Shown one piece after another: positions 15,444-26,600 of a stretch of DNA of 34,808 nt; position 1 is the first letter of the stretch; each line of letters starts with the position of its first letter. The stretch comes from a virus (Duplodnaviria; Caudoviricetes): positions 1 to 34,808 of the IMG/VR virus record IMGVR_UViG_3300037961_002649; one strand, written 5' to 3'. The position numbers and the translations under genes are program-made. The notes beneath the pieces were generated by a model. That model did no database searches, was not told the origin of the DNA, and saw nothing but the letters and a program-made list of their open reading frames with translations.

Positions 15444-16535
15444 ATGTCTAACATAGCAGTTTCTGGAACAGGAAACGCATCATTAAGTGCCCTTATTCAG
15501 CAGTATTATATGCCTGTTTTGTATGATAACATCTTTAAGAAGTCTCATCCATTACTTGCTATAATGAAGCAGAAGGCACAAACATTCAATGGTCGTGAGA
15601 TCGTTGTACCTATAGAATATCAAGCTGGTGGTGCTACCGTATTTGGTGATAAACACGCCATCGGCAGTGCATACACACCAGCATTGGCTGATATTGCACA
15701 AACAGCATCGTATAAACCAACAATGCTAACAGGTCATTTCCTCTTAACTAAAGAAGAAACCTTGTTAATGAATAGCCCACAAGCTATTAAAAACATTGTA
15801 GGTGCAAAAGTGCAGAACCTTCAAAAGCAGTTAGAGAAAGCAGTTGCTGAAAATCTGTTTACAACTTCTTTGGCTACAGATGCTTTTAATCCATTAGGTG
15901 TTTTATTAGGAAGTGGTAATGGAACTGTAGGAGGAATTACTGTTGCATTGTCTCCTGCATCTAACACATTCTGGCAAACACCTGTATTGTTAGCATCTGA
16001 TTTTGCAGATAGTACAGATACAACTTCCCCTGCTGATGGTGCTGGTGATGTAATCAATGAAGGCGATATGCAAGATCCGAGTAAAGATACTTACATTTTA
16101 AGAATCCTTTCTCGTGGTATTGCAAAAGCAAAAGCACAAACAGGTGAAAATCCAGATCTTATTGTAATGTCGCAGTATCACTACGATTTATTAGAATCTG
16201 AATTAGGCGAGTTTAAGCGTGGAAATTTAGAGTCGGATCGTATGGCTAAAATGGGCTTTGTTGGAATGTCTTACAGAGGTATTGACATTGTAGCTGACCA
16301 GGATATTGTTACAGCACAATCTGGAAACAATGATGGAAGAATCTACTTTTTGAACACAAACTACTTGTATATGTTCTTTAATTCTGGTGCAAAGTTTACT
16401 GCATCTGATATGGTTGAAGATCCAAGAAGTAACACATTTGTGCAGAAGGTGCATACCTATGGTAACATGGTAGTAACCAACAGAAAAGCACATTGTGTCG
16501 TTACAGAGTTGTATTCACCACAAACCTACGCATAA
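15444..16535 (+). CDS. Major capsid protein (HK97 fold)
   Basis: 363 aa, TAAGGAG RBS, DNIFKKSHPLL...GREIVVPIEY...PDLIVMS...GRIYFLNTNYL...YGNMVVTNR, followed by strong hairpin. Confidence 0.9.
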   Translation: MSNIAVSGTGNASLSALIQQYYMPVLYDNIFKKSHPLLAIMKQKAQTFNGREIVVPIEYQAGGATVFGDKHAIGSAYTPALADIAQTASYKPTMLTGHFLLTKEETLLMNSPQAIKNIVGAKVQNLQKQLEKAVAENLFTTSLATDAFNPLGVLLGSGNGTVGGITVALSPASNTFWQTPVLLASDFADSTDTTSPADGAGDVINEGDMQDPSKDTYILRILSRGIAKAKAQTGENPDLIVMSQYHYDLLESELGEFKRGNLESDRMAKMGFVGMSYRGIDIVADQDIVTAQSGNNDGRIYFLNTNYLYMFFNSGAKFTASDMVEDPRSNTFVQKVHTYGNMVVTNRKAHCVVTELYSPQTYA

Positions 16536-16548
16536 GTAACACAATAAA

Positions 16549-16583
16549 CGAAACATCCCCCCTTTTATAGGGGGGGAGTTTCG
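16549..16583 (+). terminator. Strong hairpin after capsid gene (leaky terminator or mRNA stabiliser)
   Basis: CGAAAC-A-TCCCCCC-loop-GGGGGGG-A-GTTTCG; weak U tract. Confidence 0.7.
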
Positions 16584-16597
16584 ATCTGGAGAAACAT

Positions 16598-17311
16598 ATG
16601 ACTACAAACGATATGCTAACAATATTAGGAGACAGGATGGAAGATTCTGCTGGGGATCTTTTTTCCGATACAGTCAAGTTACGATATTTAAATCGTGCCC
16701 AGGATAGGCTGATACAGTCCTTAAATAGGCATTTACTAACCGATCTTCATGTTTTGGTTACTGGTATATCTATGCGTACCGATAACGATGTAGATACCTA
16801 TTTTAAAAGTTATTTTATTCCAACCCAGGCACAAGACTTGGCTTCGGATCCATTTGGTGGACCACTGGGAATCCTGGGAGTACGCATTGCAAACAGTGAA
16901 TTTATACGCAAAGTATCCTTTGAGATCGTCAAAGACTTTTCTACAGGCTATGTATCGTTTAGTTCTACAGAGCCCGTATACTTTATTTTTAAAAATAGAA
17001 TTTATATTTACAACAATTCTGCTAATGTAGACTGTTATTACATCAAAACACCAACAGCATTAGCAGGAGGAAACACCAGCGACCTAAACGCTATCTTTCA
17101 CGATGCAATATTAGAGTTTGCAGAAGCAGAATTATGGCGATTATCTGATAAACCTGACCGAATGAACACTGCAATGAATCGAGGATTCGAGTTTGTAGCC
17201 AGATACAACCAAAATCCAGCTACAAATGTGGTCGGAGAAGGGTTGCCATTTGACTACAGCAGTAGCAATGCCCTGGTTGATCCCGTATATCCTAATTATC
17301 CTGTGAGTTAA
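16598..17311 (+). CDS. Head-tail adaptor (tail tubular protein A-like)
   Basis: LRYLNRAQDRL...YYIKTPTAL...FHDAILEFAEAE; position after capsid gene. Confidence 0.75.
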   Translation: MTTNDMLTILGDRMEDSAGDLFSDTVKLRYLNRAQDRLIQSLNRHLLTDLHVLVTGISMRTDNDVDTYFKSYFIPTQAQDLASDPFGGPLGILGVRIANSEFIRKVSFEIVKDFSTGYVSFSSTEPVYFIFKNRIYIYNNSANVDCYYIKTPTALAGGNTSDLNAIFHDAILEFAEAELWRLSDKPDRMNTAMNRGFEFVARYNQNPATNVVGEGLPFDYSSSNALVDPVYPNYPVS

Positions 17312-20300
17312 TGGCAAAATACATCGATATAAAAGACTTTGAGGGTGCATTAACCAATGCCGACCTGGAAGATTTACCAGAAAACGTTGCCCAGGAGATT
17401 AAGAACCTAAAAATACAAGCAGGGAAGCTGGAGAAAACATTTGGTGCAGGAACACCATCAGGAATCCCTACAATAGGTCTATCCTTTGTAAATACCAAGT
17501 TAGGGACCACTTACACTGTCTACAATATTTACACCTTTATAAGCGAATATTTTACAGGTAACAGCAACGATGCAGGGGATGGTTATAGATACCTATTGGT
17601 AACTATTGGAGGAGATAATAAAGTAAAACTATGGTGGTATGATCCATCTTTGCCTGATGTAAACGACCATTTGCAAATAGAAAATGATGTAGTATGGTTT
17701 CAAACAGCAGGTGCACATGGAATTGTAGAAGATGATTTTGTATTGGTCCAAGATTGCAAAGACAATGCTTCGCCACAAGCAAGTATTTCGGGTGCAGGGG
17801 TGTATGAACAAGCAGATCACATCCCAAGTACAGCAAAAGTAGGAGTCAATACTGACAATGCAAGAACCTGGGGAGGTAAAAACTTTTTTGATACTGCTTT
17901 GGCAACAGGTGCATCCAATAAAAACTGGGGTGGAAAACATTCTACTCATGTATTGGTAAGTGATACAGTCGGATATGGTGGCACACCATGGCCATCTGTA
18001 CAAAAAATAGCTATTGCTCCAATGTCCTCATCAGTCGGAAGAGTATTATCTATAGCAAATAATGGCACAGAATTAGCATTTTGTGCAACAGGTTCAACAT
18101 ATGCCAACTTAAATACAGCTAATTACAACTCTTATAAATCAAAATCTAATTTTGCAGTTTGTGGTTTAATATCTTTTAACGAAGCAATATATATTCACTA
18201 TTCTTTTACTGATAGTGGATCTCAAAATAAATTAGTGAAATACACCTGTACTTCTGGGGGGTCAGTTCTGGAAGGAACGCCAGTAGATATAAGCACATCA
18301 GGTCTTTGTGTGACATCTTTTATGACAGTTGCAAATAATCATTTATACATTCTTGCAAAAAATCTTGGTTTATTTAAAGTAACAACATCCGATAATGTTA
18401 CATCTATGTCTATCTCGGGAATCACAATAGGAGATGCTACTGGACTAACAAGCATTGTGCAAACCAATAGGTTAACAGCAAACGGATCTGTAAATTTAAC
18501 GGATGTGAACCATGAATATTTAGTGGTTGTAACAACAAACAGCACTTTAACAACCAATGTGTATACATTAGATATTTTATCTTCAGAAACAAGTTTTACT
18601 GCTTTTGCTTCACCTATATCTACTGCTGATGTTCAAAATGTTACTAAAATGGATTTTGGCGAAAATACAAATAGATCAGAGTCGATTGTTTTGTATTACA
18701 TTGGTGCAAGTAATAGAAGATATATACAATATTCTTCGCACACAGATTCAACAATTATATCCTCTTTAACAAATAATGTAGACAGTAGTACCTTCCCAAT
18801 TACATTAGATATTACGTTTATTGACAATGCTATGAATGTACCATCAGGAGAAAAATATCTTATTGTAGGTACAGATAATATTGATACGGGCACTGCCACC
18901 AGTGGGAAATTATATAGAGTAAATAGCAATAAAAATTCAGAACTAATGATTGATCCTGGAACTACAACGGGAAAAACAAACTGGAGCCCTTCTTGTTTTG
19001 CTGATTGTGCAACACCACAAAACTTTTTTACTTATGCAAAAGCATGGATTGGTGTGTATGGAACGGAAGCAGAAGCCGATGATGGCTCCGACAGTGCAGA
19101 TGTATATAAAATGTCGGATATTGGTTGGTTTAACAACTCTTGGAACGGATCAGGAGATTGTGAGTATCGTTGGATTGATATAATGGATTCTTATAGTATA
19201 GCAGAAATCGACACCAGCAATGTTTCATCGGTCCCTGACATATATCATAAAGCAGAACGCAACCCGATTGTACCCAGTGGAGACAACATACGTTTTATAC
19301 CAGGAGCAGTTGGTAAAATATCAAATACAGAAGCAAAAGGAATCTGGTTAGGTTACATCAATCGTAGCTTATTTAATGGTTTAGTATCAGCAGATCCTAA
19401 CTGGTTTATCTATGCAAACAAGTTAAACAATCCGTTTAGGTTTACCAGTACAAGACAATACAATACAGGAGATACATTACGACCAGGTAGCACAGTAAAG
19501 TATAATTTAACTGCTGTATATGATGGATTACAGGAATCATTATTTGATAAAGATAAAGAAATTGTTTTATCAGATTCTAATGTAAATAAAAAAATTATTG
19601 AGTTAAGTATTGAGTTTGATGCAAGTGCTTTAAATAAGCGTATTACAGGCGTAAATATTTACAGAGCAACCGAGTTTTCTAACACAACCAGCTTTGATGG
19701 CTATAGTAATTATCAGTTGATTGGACACATGACTTTTGTAGACTCACAGACATCGTTACCTACAGTAACATCGGATGTAATTACAAGGCTTCATGCGTGG
19801 GGTAATCATGTAATATTTATAAAAGATACTGACGATCTTACCAGTTTTGACGGGGAAACATTAGGAAGAAATCCATACGCATTAGATGTGGATGGTGGAT
19901 TTGATGGTATAGATGAAATGCTTACCTGGAGAGGTGCTACATCGTCATCTACACAAAACAGAGCAGATGCTTTTCTTGTTTTTCATTCACTTTTAGCAAG
20001 ACAAATGAATGTTCAGCAAACTTGCATCGTTTTATCAAGCCTTACAACAGATAACACGATAGCAAATGCAGATAAAATACAAATTGAGGATGAGTCTATA
20101 ACAATAGATGATACATCTATATCATCCTCTGAATTTGCAACCGTAAAAACAGGTGTTGGGGTTACAACTTCTGTATACCAAACATCTGGCTCTGAAGTAG
20201 GCGTAACTTATCCTGCCTGGAGACTACAAACGATTACAGATACATCTGTAAGTCCATCTACTGCATTGGATGCAACACCTTTTATTGTACAAGGAGATGT

Positions 20301-22197
20301 ATTACGAACTTCTGCTACCAGTGCAACTACAGAAACCTTAACAGTACAAAAGGTTACTACATCGTATATATTTGCTTCTTCAAATGCTACATCAATGGGA
20401 AGCCCTGCACAAACAACGTATACAGCAGATTATAATTTGTGTTTTGTGAGCGTAGCATCAGGAGCATTATGTGCTGTTTCGAGGGGTCAAGCACCTATTA
20501 CAAACCCAAGCCCTGCTGACAATACTACAGCAGTAAGCCACAATGTAAATACACCAGTAAGTGTTAGAGCAGAAAGTTTACCACGATCTTTTTCCCAGGC
20601 ACGATTGGATAGCAATGCTGATGTAGGAGATAATTATTTAGACAATGGAACGATGGCTGGAAGCGATTGGAAAATAAGAGAAAAAAAATTAACAGGTGGA
20701 TATGAAGATACATCTCAAACTTCCTCATCAGGTGGTGCGTATGGTGGCCCCAGTGTTGCATTTTTGTATTTTTATACACCTGATGACATTACAGGAACAT
20801 TAGGAACTGACACAACAGGAAACACATTAACAGCAAGTTCATTAGCAGGATCTGTATTAATTACAAACTACACTAATGAGCAAGTAGATCAAGTAGATGG
20901 TGCTGGAAACGAATCTACTACATCAGATCAAAAAGCATTTCTTATTGAAAATAATAGTGCCTACGAACCCACATTAGGTGGTTGTTGGGTAAAGCTAAAT
21001 AAAGGCCATAGGTCTACTGCACAAAGAGAATCAGGAAAAGTATTTGAGAATGTACGATTGTTAAGTGGGTTCAAACGTACCAATGCCCAGGGTGCAACTA
21101 CACCAGGAATGGCATTTGAGACAGTATCAGGAACCACAGTACGAATTGTATGCCAGGATTTTAGATTAGAAGATTTAGGAGAAACCGATATACAAACAGT
21201 GTATTCCAATAGGGTCAATGCACAATATGCTGTAAAACTAAAAGGAAGATTATTTTTAGGTAATCTGGTGCTAAACCCAGACGATAAACAGGAAGAACAT
21301 CACGACTGGATAGCATACAGTGAGTTGCATCAATACGACAATAGACCCGTATCCAATGTTATTGCATTAGATGACAGGGAAGGTGGCGAAGTAACAGGGT
21401 TGGCTGTGTTATTTGGCCGATTAGTTATTTTTAAGCCACAAGCAATTTTTATTATGAATGTACCTAATCCAGCAAACCCAGAAAGCTGGTCGGTGGTAGA
21501 AAGCAAACACAGCATAGGAAACATAGCATCAGAAGGTGTTGTAGAGATACATGACCATGTTTATTTTGTTTTCCATGATGGTATTTATGCAGTAACACCG
21601 AATATGGTTGCCAGTAGCACAGCAACGCCAAGTGTTATGGAAAAAATAACATTACCGATTGAAGATCAATTTTTACTCGCTACAAGCAAGAAAGATATAA
21701 AAGGCGTATATGACCAAGACCATAGCGAAGTTCTCTACACCTGGACCACAGGAAGCCCTGCTACGCAAGTTGTGTGGGCATATCATGTGGTGTTAAAGAC
21801 CTGGAGAAAAGTAGAAACAACAACGAATCTGGATATTTTGGCATATGGAGAAAACAGCTATCCGATAGCCTGGGATAATACCGATTCGGATATAAAGAAA
21901 TTTGATGTAGATGAAGCAGTAGGCGTGGCTTGGAAAAGTAAAACATTTCGTATGGATTTAGATAAAAAACGATTGATTCGTTATGGAATGATACAGTTTA
22001 CAGGCACAGATACCCTGACAGTAAACCTATACCTGGATGGATCTGGCTCTGCATCTTTTACCAAAACAATTACAGCCGATGGTGGCGTAAACAGGTTTCC
22101 TATTAAACGATATGGAAAGAAATTTGAAATAGAACTAACCACTCCATCGAGTACAAATCCATTCTCGGTGGAACGAATGAGAATAGAAACGGAGTAG
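17311..22197 (+). CDS. Tail nozzle / tail tubular protein B-like, with large insertions
   Basis: IKDFEG...DLPEN...KNL N-terminus; C-terminal propeller motifs KGRLFLGN, GEVTGL...LVIFK, SIGNIA, GIYA. Confidence 0.75.
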   Translation: MAKYIDIKDFEGALTNADLEDLPENVAQEIKNLKIQAGKLEKTFGAGTPSGIPTIGLSFVNTKLGTTYTVYNIYTFISEYFTGNSNDAGDGYRYLLVTIGGDNKVKLWWYDPSLPDVNDHLQIENDVVWFQTAGAHGIVEDDFVLVQDCKDNASPQASISGAGVYEQADHIPSTAKVGVNTDNARTWGGKNFFDTALATGASNKNWGGKHSTHVLVSDTVGYGGTPWPSVQKIAIAPMSSSVGRVLSIANNGTELAFCATGSTYANLNTANYNSYKSKSNFAVCGLISFNEAIYIHYSFTDSGSQNKLVKYTCTSGGSVLEGTPVDISTSGLCVTSFMTVANNHLYILAKNLGLFKVTTSDNVTSMSISGITIGDATGLTSIVQTNRLTANGSVNLTDVNHEYLVVVTTNSTLTTNVYTLDILSSETSFTAFASPISTADVQNVTKMDFGENTNRSESIVLYYIGASNRRYIQYSSHTDSTIISSLTNNVDSSTFPITLDITFIDNAMNVPSGEKYLIVGTDNIDTGTATSGKLYRVNSNKNSELMIDPGTTTGKTNWSPSCFADCATPQNFFTYAKAWIGVYGTEAEADDGSDSADVYKMSDIGWFNNSWNGSGDCEYRWIDIMDSYSIAEIDTSNVSSVPDIYHKAERNPIVPSGDNIRFIPGAVGKISNTEAKGIWLGYINRSLFNGLVSADPNWFIYANKLNNPFRFTSTRQYNTGDTLRPGSTVKYNLTAVYDGLQESLFDKDKEIVLSDSNVNKKIIELSIEFDASALNKRITGVNIYRATEFSNTTSFDGYSNYQLIGHMTFVDSQTSLPTVTSDVITRLHAWGNHVIFIKDTDDLTSFDGETLGRNPYALDVDGGFDGIDEMLTWRGATSSSTQNRADAFLVFHSLLARQMNVQQTCIVLSSLTTDNTIANADKIQIEDESITIDDTSISSSEFATVKTGVGVTTSVYQTSGSEVGVTYPAWRLQTITDTSVSPSTALDATPFIVQGDVLRTSATSATTETLTVQKVTTSYIFASSNATSMGSPAQTTYTADYNLCFVSVASGALCAVSRGQAPITNPSPADNTTAVSHNVNTPVSVRAESLPRSFSQARLDSNADVGDNYLDNGTMAGSDWKIREKKLTGGYEDTSQTSSSGGAYGGPSVAFLYFYTPDDITGTLGTDTTGNTLTASSLAGSVLITNYTNEQVDQVDGAGNESTTSDQKAFLIENNSAYEPTLGGCWVKLNKGHRSTAQRESGKVFENVRLLSGFKRTNAQGATTPGMAFETVSGTTVRIVCQDFRLEDLGETDIQTVYSNRVNAQYAVKLKGRLFLGNLVLNPDDKQEEHHDWIAYSELHQYDNRPVSNVIALDDREGGEVTGLAVLFGRLVIFKPQAIFIMNVPNPANPESWSVVESKHSIGNIASEGVVEIHDHVYFVFHDGIYAVTPNMVASSTATPSVMEKITLPIEDQFLLATSKKDIKGVYDQDHSEVLYTWTTGSPATQVVWAYHVVLKTWRKVETTTNLDILAYGENSYPIAWDNTDSDIKKFDVDEAVGVAWKSKTFRMDLDKKRLIRYGMIQFTGTDTLTVNLYLDGSGSASFTKTITADGGVNRFPIKRYGKKFEIELTTPSSTNPFSVERMRIETE

Positions 22198-22199
22198 GC

Positions 22200-22976
22200 A
22201 TGGACCCTCAAACTATGATGATGATAGCCCAGGGTGCTGGAAGAGCATTTAGAGCTGGGTCAAGATTATTACAACCAAAATTTCAGAACACCAGGTTTGG
22301 CAGATTGTTACGCAACAGAAGAGAGCAAGGCAACCTAACACCAGGCCAGGAAATGAATGTATTAGGTAGAACTGCAACAACAGCCACAAAACAGGCTAAT
22401 CTTGCAAACAGGCGATACATGGGTAACTTGATAAACAGAGGGTTACAGGGTAGCGTATCAGCACAGCGTGGATTAAGAGAAGCTGAAGCAGATGTACGCA
22501 GAACAGTAGCCGATACAGGAAGGCGTATTTTTGACAGCGAAGAACGAGCAAAATCAACAGCCAGGGAAAACTATGCCAGGGCAATGGATAGAGATGCTAA
22601 TGAAAGAAGAAATGCTGTATTAGGTACAATAGGCTCTGTTGCAGAAACAGCAGGAAATATATATGGACAAAGAGCATCTACAGCACAAGCAAACCAAGCA
22701 AGGAAAGATCAATCATATATGAATGCTGTAGACAAATTCGGTGCATCCAATATTGAAGAAGTGTTTAGCCCTGAAACAGGCAGAAGTTTAGGATTTACAG
22801 GAAAAGGATTATCTAACGCAGATAAACGAGCAATAGAATCTTTTAAACAAAAAAATGATGTACCTGATCGTGGTAAAGTAATGGAGTTTTTGACAAACTC
22901 ACAAGATAACACAGAATTAGAGTCAAGATTGTCCTATGCAAGGCTTTTATATCCAGAATTATTTAGTGGAGAATAG
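22200..22976 (+). CDS. Internal virion (ejection) protein
   Basis: MDPQTMMMIAQGAG start, A/G/Q/R-rich helical sequence, follows nozzle gene. Confidence 0.65.
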   Translation: MDPQTMMMIAQGAGRAFRAGSRLLQPKFQNTRFGRLLRNRREQGNLTPGQEMNVLGRTATTATKQANLANRRYMGNLINRGLQGSVSAQRGLREAEADVRRTVADTGRRIFDSEERAKSTARENYARAMDRDANERRNAVLGTIGSVAETAGNIYGQRASTAQANQARKDQSYMNAVDKFGASNIEEVFSPETGRSLGFTGKGLSNADKRAIESFKQKNDVPDRGKVMEFLTNSQDNTELESRLSYARLLYPELFSGE

Positions 22977-22978
22977 AT

Positions 22979-23659
22979 ATGGCACAAATTGATGTAAATG
23001 AATTACGAAAACTGTTTGGTGAGAATATAAAGAAAAGGCAAAAAGCTGATTTTGCACGAAAGATTGCAAAAGAAGAAGAAAAACAAAAAATAAAAGAAGC
23101 CACTGCCAAACCTCTTACCAGGCAACAAAGAATGGAAGCAGAAGTAAAAAAATTAAAAACACAGGATGAGTTAAATAAACTTACTGGCAGAGGTAAAGCA
23201 GAATCAGGTGCTGATGCTGTAGATCGATTGCTAAAAGCTATGAAAGATCAACGCAACTTAATGTACGATAAAGATGGGGAACCTGTTTTTTCTGGTAAAA
23301 TGGAAGAGAAAACAACGTTAAGAGGTCGAAGATCTATACCAATACCAGGAACAGACAGAGTAATACCTATACCAGGTATGTCCAGAGAAATAGAAATAGA
23401 TACGCCTGGGTTTGATCCAAGAGGTAGGAAAGGGTCTAATTTTAGAATTGCACAGGAACGTATGGAAGAGTTGCAAAAAGATTTGCAGACTGCACAAAAA
23501 GCTAAAGAACAAGGCATTACTATGCAGGAAGCAAAAAGAAATAGAGATGTACAAAAAAAATATGAAGAATTTTTAAAAATATTTGATCGCCCTGGTGTAG
23601 ATAGAAGGAGATCAGATTATTTAGCAAGATTATCAACTCAAAGTTTTTTTAGGAAATAG
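22979..23659 (+). CDS. Putative internal virion protein
   Basis: 226 aa charged helical protein between ejection-type genes. Confidence 0.55.
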   Translation: MAQIDVNELRKLFGENIKKRQKADFARKIAKEEEKQKIKEATAKPLTRQQRMEAEVKKLKTQDELNKLTGRGKAESGADAVDRLLKAMKDQRNLMYDKDGEPVFSGKMEEKTTLRGRRSIPIPGTDRVIPIPGMSREIEIDTPGFDPRGRKGSNFRIAQERMEELQKDLQTAQKAKEQGITMQEAKRNRDVQKKYEEFLKIFDRPGVDRRRSDYLARLSTQSFFRK

Positions 23660-26600
23660 ATGGCAACACCGAAAGATTTACTGGATTACGCAGGAGAAAG
23701 GCTATATCGTAACAGCCTGGATGATGTATTAGATCAAATACAACAAGATATTGAAAACGAAAGAGCCATAGAACAGGCTCGGCAAAATATTATTGTAAAC
23801 GACCCAGACCCTGTAAAGAAGTTACGAGAAGTACAATCCATAGAAAAAAGCGTAGTGAATGAGCCACCAGAGGTGCAAAGAGCAGTATTGGATACAACTT
23901 ATCAAATACCAAGACCTGTACAGACACCAGTTCAGCCACAGCAAAATAGATTTATGTTACCTCCTGATGGCACACAGCCAACTATAGGACAGCCCAGAGG
24001 TGTACAGCAAAACTTATCTGATGATGATTTAAGGTTTCGTGCAGAGTTAGAAAGAATCCAGGAGCCTTTTGATCGCATATTCCAGGAAAAACTAAAAACT
24101 GCCAAAGAAATACCTGGTAGAAATGTAACAGATCCCATATCAGGTGCTTCTTATACTGTACCTGGATCTACAAAAGAACAAATTGCAAAGCAAAAAACAA
24201 TAGAACAGTTAGAAAAAGATGGTGTTATAAAAAGCCAGGGGTTTAGAAACTTTCTTACAACTGCAATACCTTTAGGTGGTTTATCACCAGAAGAACAAGC
24301 ACAACAAACGTTTTTTCCTGCAAGAACAGCATTGGCACAATTAGGTGGAGCATTTGCTGGTTTAGGTCTTACTTCACAAGCTATAAGAGCACCCAAAATT
24401 GCTCAAGCATCTTATGATGCAGTGCGTAGAGGTACAAAGATTGGAAATTTTCTTACACAAAAAGGTATTAACACTGTAAAAGCAGGAAAGTTTACAGCCA
24501 GTGCAACTACAGGTGCTGGTACATTTGGAGCATTTAGAGCCATTGACCAAATAGATGAAGATGCACCCATAGAAGATAAAGCAAAAACGATTGTAGAAGA
24601 TGCCATATTTGGAGCAGGATTTGGTCTTACAGGCAGTTTAAACAATCCAGCAACACGATCATTGGCTGAAGGAACATTTGGCTTTGTAACCTCTAAATTA
24701 TTAGAAGGTGCCACAACTCAAGAAGCCTTGCTAAATGGTTTGTTGTTTGCTGGTTTTGGTGTATTAAATAAAAGAAACATGAGCGATGTAGAAAAAGGCA
24801 TTGCAATTAATGAGTTTAAAAAAGTTGGAGATGATTCTTTTCGCATTATCCAAGATTTACGAAAACAAGCTGGACAGAAACCATTTACAAAGTTACAGGA
24901 AAAACAATGGAAAAAAGCCAGAGATGAGTTTTCAGAACGATTTCGCTATGAAAAATACAGCCCAGAGCAAGTAAAAGCAGATACAGAAGAATTTATTACC
25001 AGATTTTTGCAAACTAATGATCCGAAAGGCAGTATTGCCAGGATTAGGCAATTAGGAAATCAAGCAAGAACACAGTCTTTACAAGCAAAAGCAAAAACAA
25101 GAAAAGAAGCTGTAAGTGTACCAACTACTGGCAAAACTGATAAAGTAAGCCAGGAGAATGTATTAAGGCTGTCTACAGGTGAACAGTTACGCAGGATGAA
25201 AGGTCTTGGTTATACAGAAGATCAATTTGTTCGATTTACAGGAAAACAACGCCAGGATATATTGGATAACAATATTCGTGAGGAAAACTTTGTAACAGAG
25301 CAACCTACCCGACCATCGATGCCTGTCCCAGGACCAGCCCCCGATGTAACGCCCTCGACGAAAAAGTCGGATAAATTGGTACCCAAAAAATTAGAACCAA
25401 AACCAAAAGAAGTAAAGCCAGAAGTCAAGCCAACAAAAGGCGAAGCTACAGGGTTAAAAACAGTTACACTAAAACCAAGTAATATAAAAATAGATGAATC
25501 CAAGTTTCAGCCCAGGGAAGAATACAATCAGGCTGTTATTGATGACATTGCAAAAAACTTTGATCCAAAAAAATGGGATGAGCCAGTATTATACCAGGAC
25601 CCAAAAACAAACGAGTACATTGTTGTATCAGGACATCATAGGCACAGAGGTGTTGTTAAAGGTGGGTACGGATCTGCTACCTACAAAGTATTACCTAAAG
25701 GAACAACGATAGATGATGCAATCAATATGTCAGAAGAAGGTAACCTGGCAAGAACCGAGCAATCATCGTTTGAGAATAGTAAAGTAGTTCGCAGAAGATT
25801 TGACAAAGGAAATAGCCTGGTTGATATTGCTAATGCTTTACCAGGACTTACAAAAGCAACATCCAATGCAGGAAAATCCAATGCAGTAAGAAAGCTGTTA
25901 AATCTATCTTATCTGGATAACAAAGGTAGTTTAAAAAGTAATTATGATTCTGTTAATGAGTTTCCAAAGATACAAAGCACATCTTCATACGTAGGTGGGT
26001 TACGAAAACAATACGATTGGATGACCGATAAGTATGAGGATGATATATTTACTTATTTGTATACAGAGAATGGTATACGCCAGGATGATGCTGATTGGAA
26101 ACTAAATATAGATAGTACCCTGGAAAAATTAGCTGATATGAAAGAAAGACCAGGCAGTATTCTAAAACAACTACGCAAAGATCCATTGCAACCAAAAGAA
26201 GGCACATCAGACGAAGTATTAACACAAATTAAAGATATAAAGAAATCGATAGATAACATAGGTAACCAGCTTACAGATGATAAGTTTTTACAGCGTGAAA
26301 TTGACCGAATACAAACAGAAAAAGGATTAACCGATGTTGATGCTCTACAAGAAGTAAAACGGGATTTACGGAAGCGTAGGGCCGAACTAAAAACAGAATT
26401 AAAAGCCCTGGTAGATGAGTCCAGCAAACCAGATCCAGACCAGGCAACTATGTTTGATGACATTGAGCAGTATAATATGTTTGGTGGTACAGATATACTA
26501 AAAGAAGTATCTAAAAAAGACAAGAAAGTATTAGATGAGTTGCATCAAGAATTAGCCAGTATAAACAAAGAACAATTTTTCCTAACCAATCAAGTATCCC

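Noticed and set aside
23333-23390. IPIPG duplication in the 226-aa protein
   Set aside because: Two short degenerate copies only; no evidence of function
25460-25760. Plasmid-prophage partition system
   Set aside because: The ParB-like domain is embedded in a virion protein; no ParA or parS array seen
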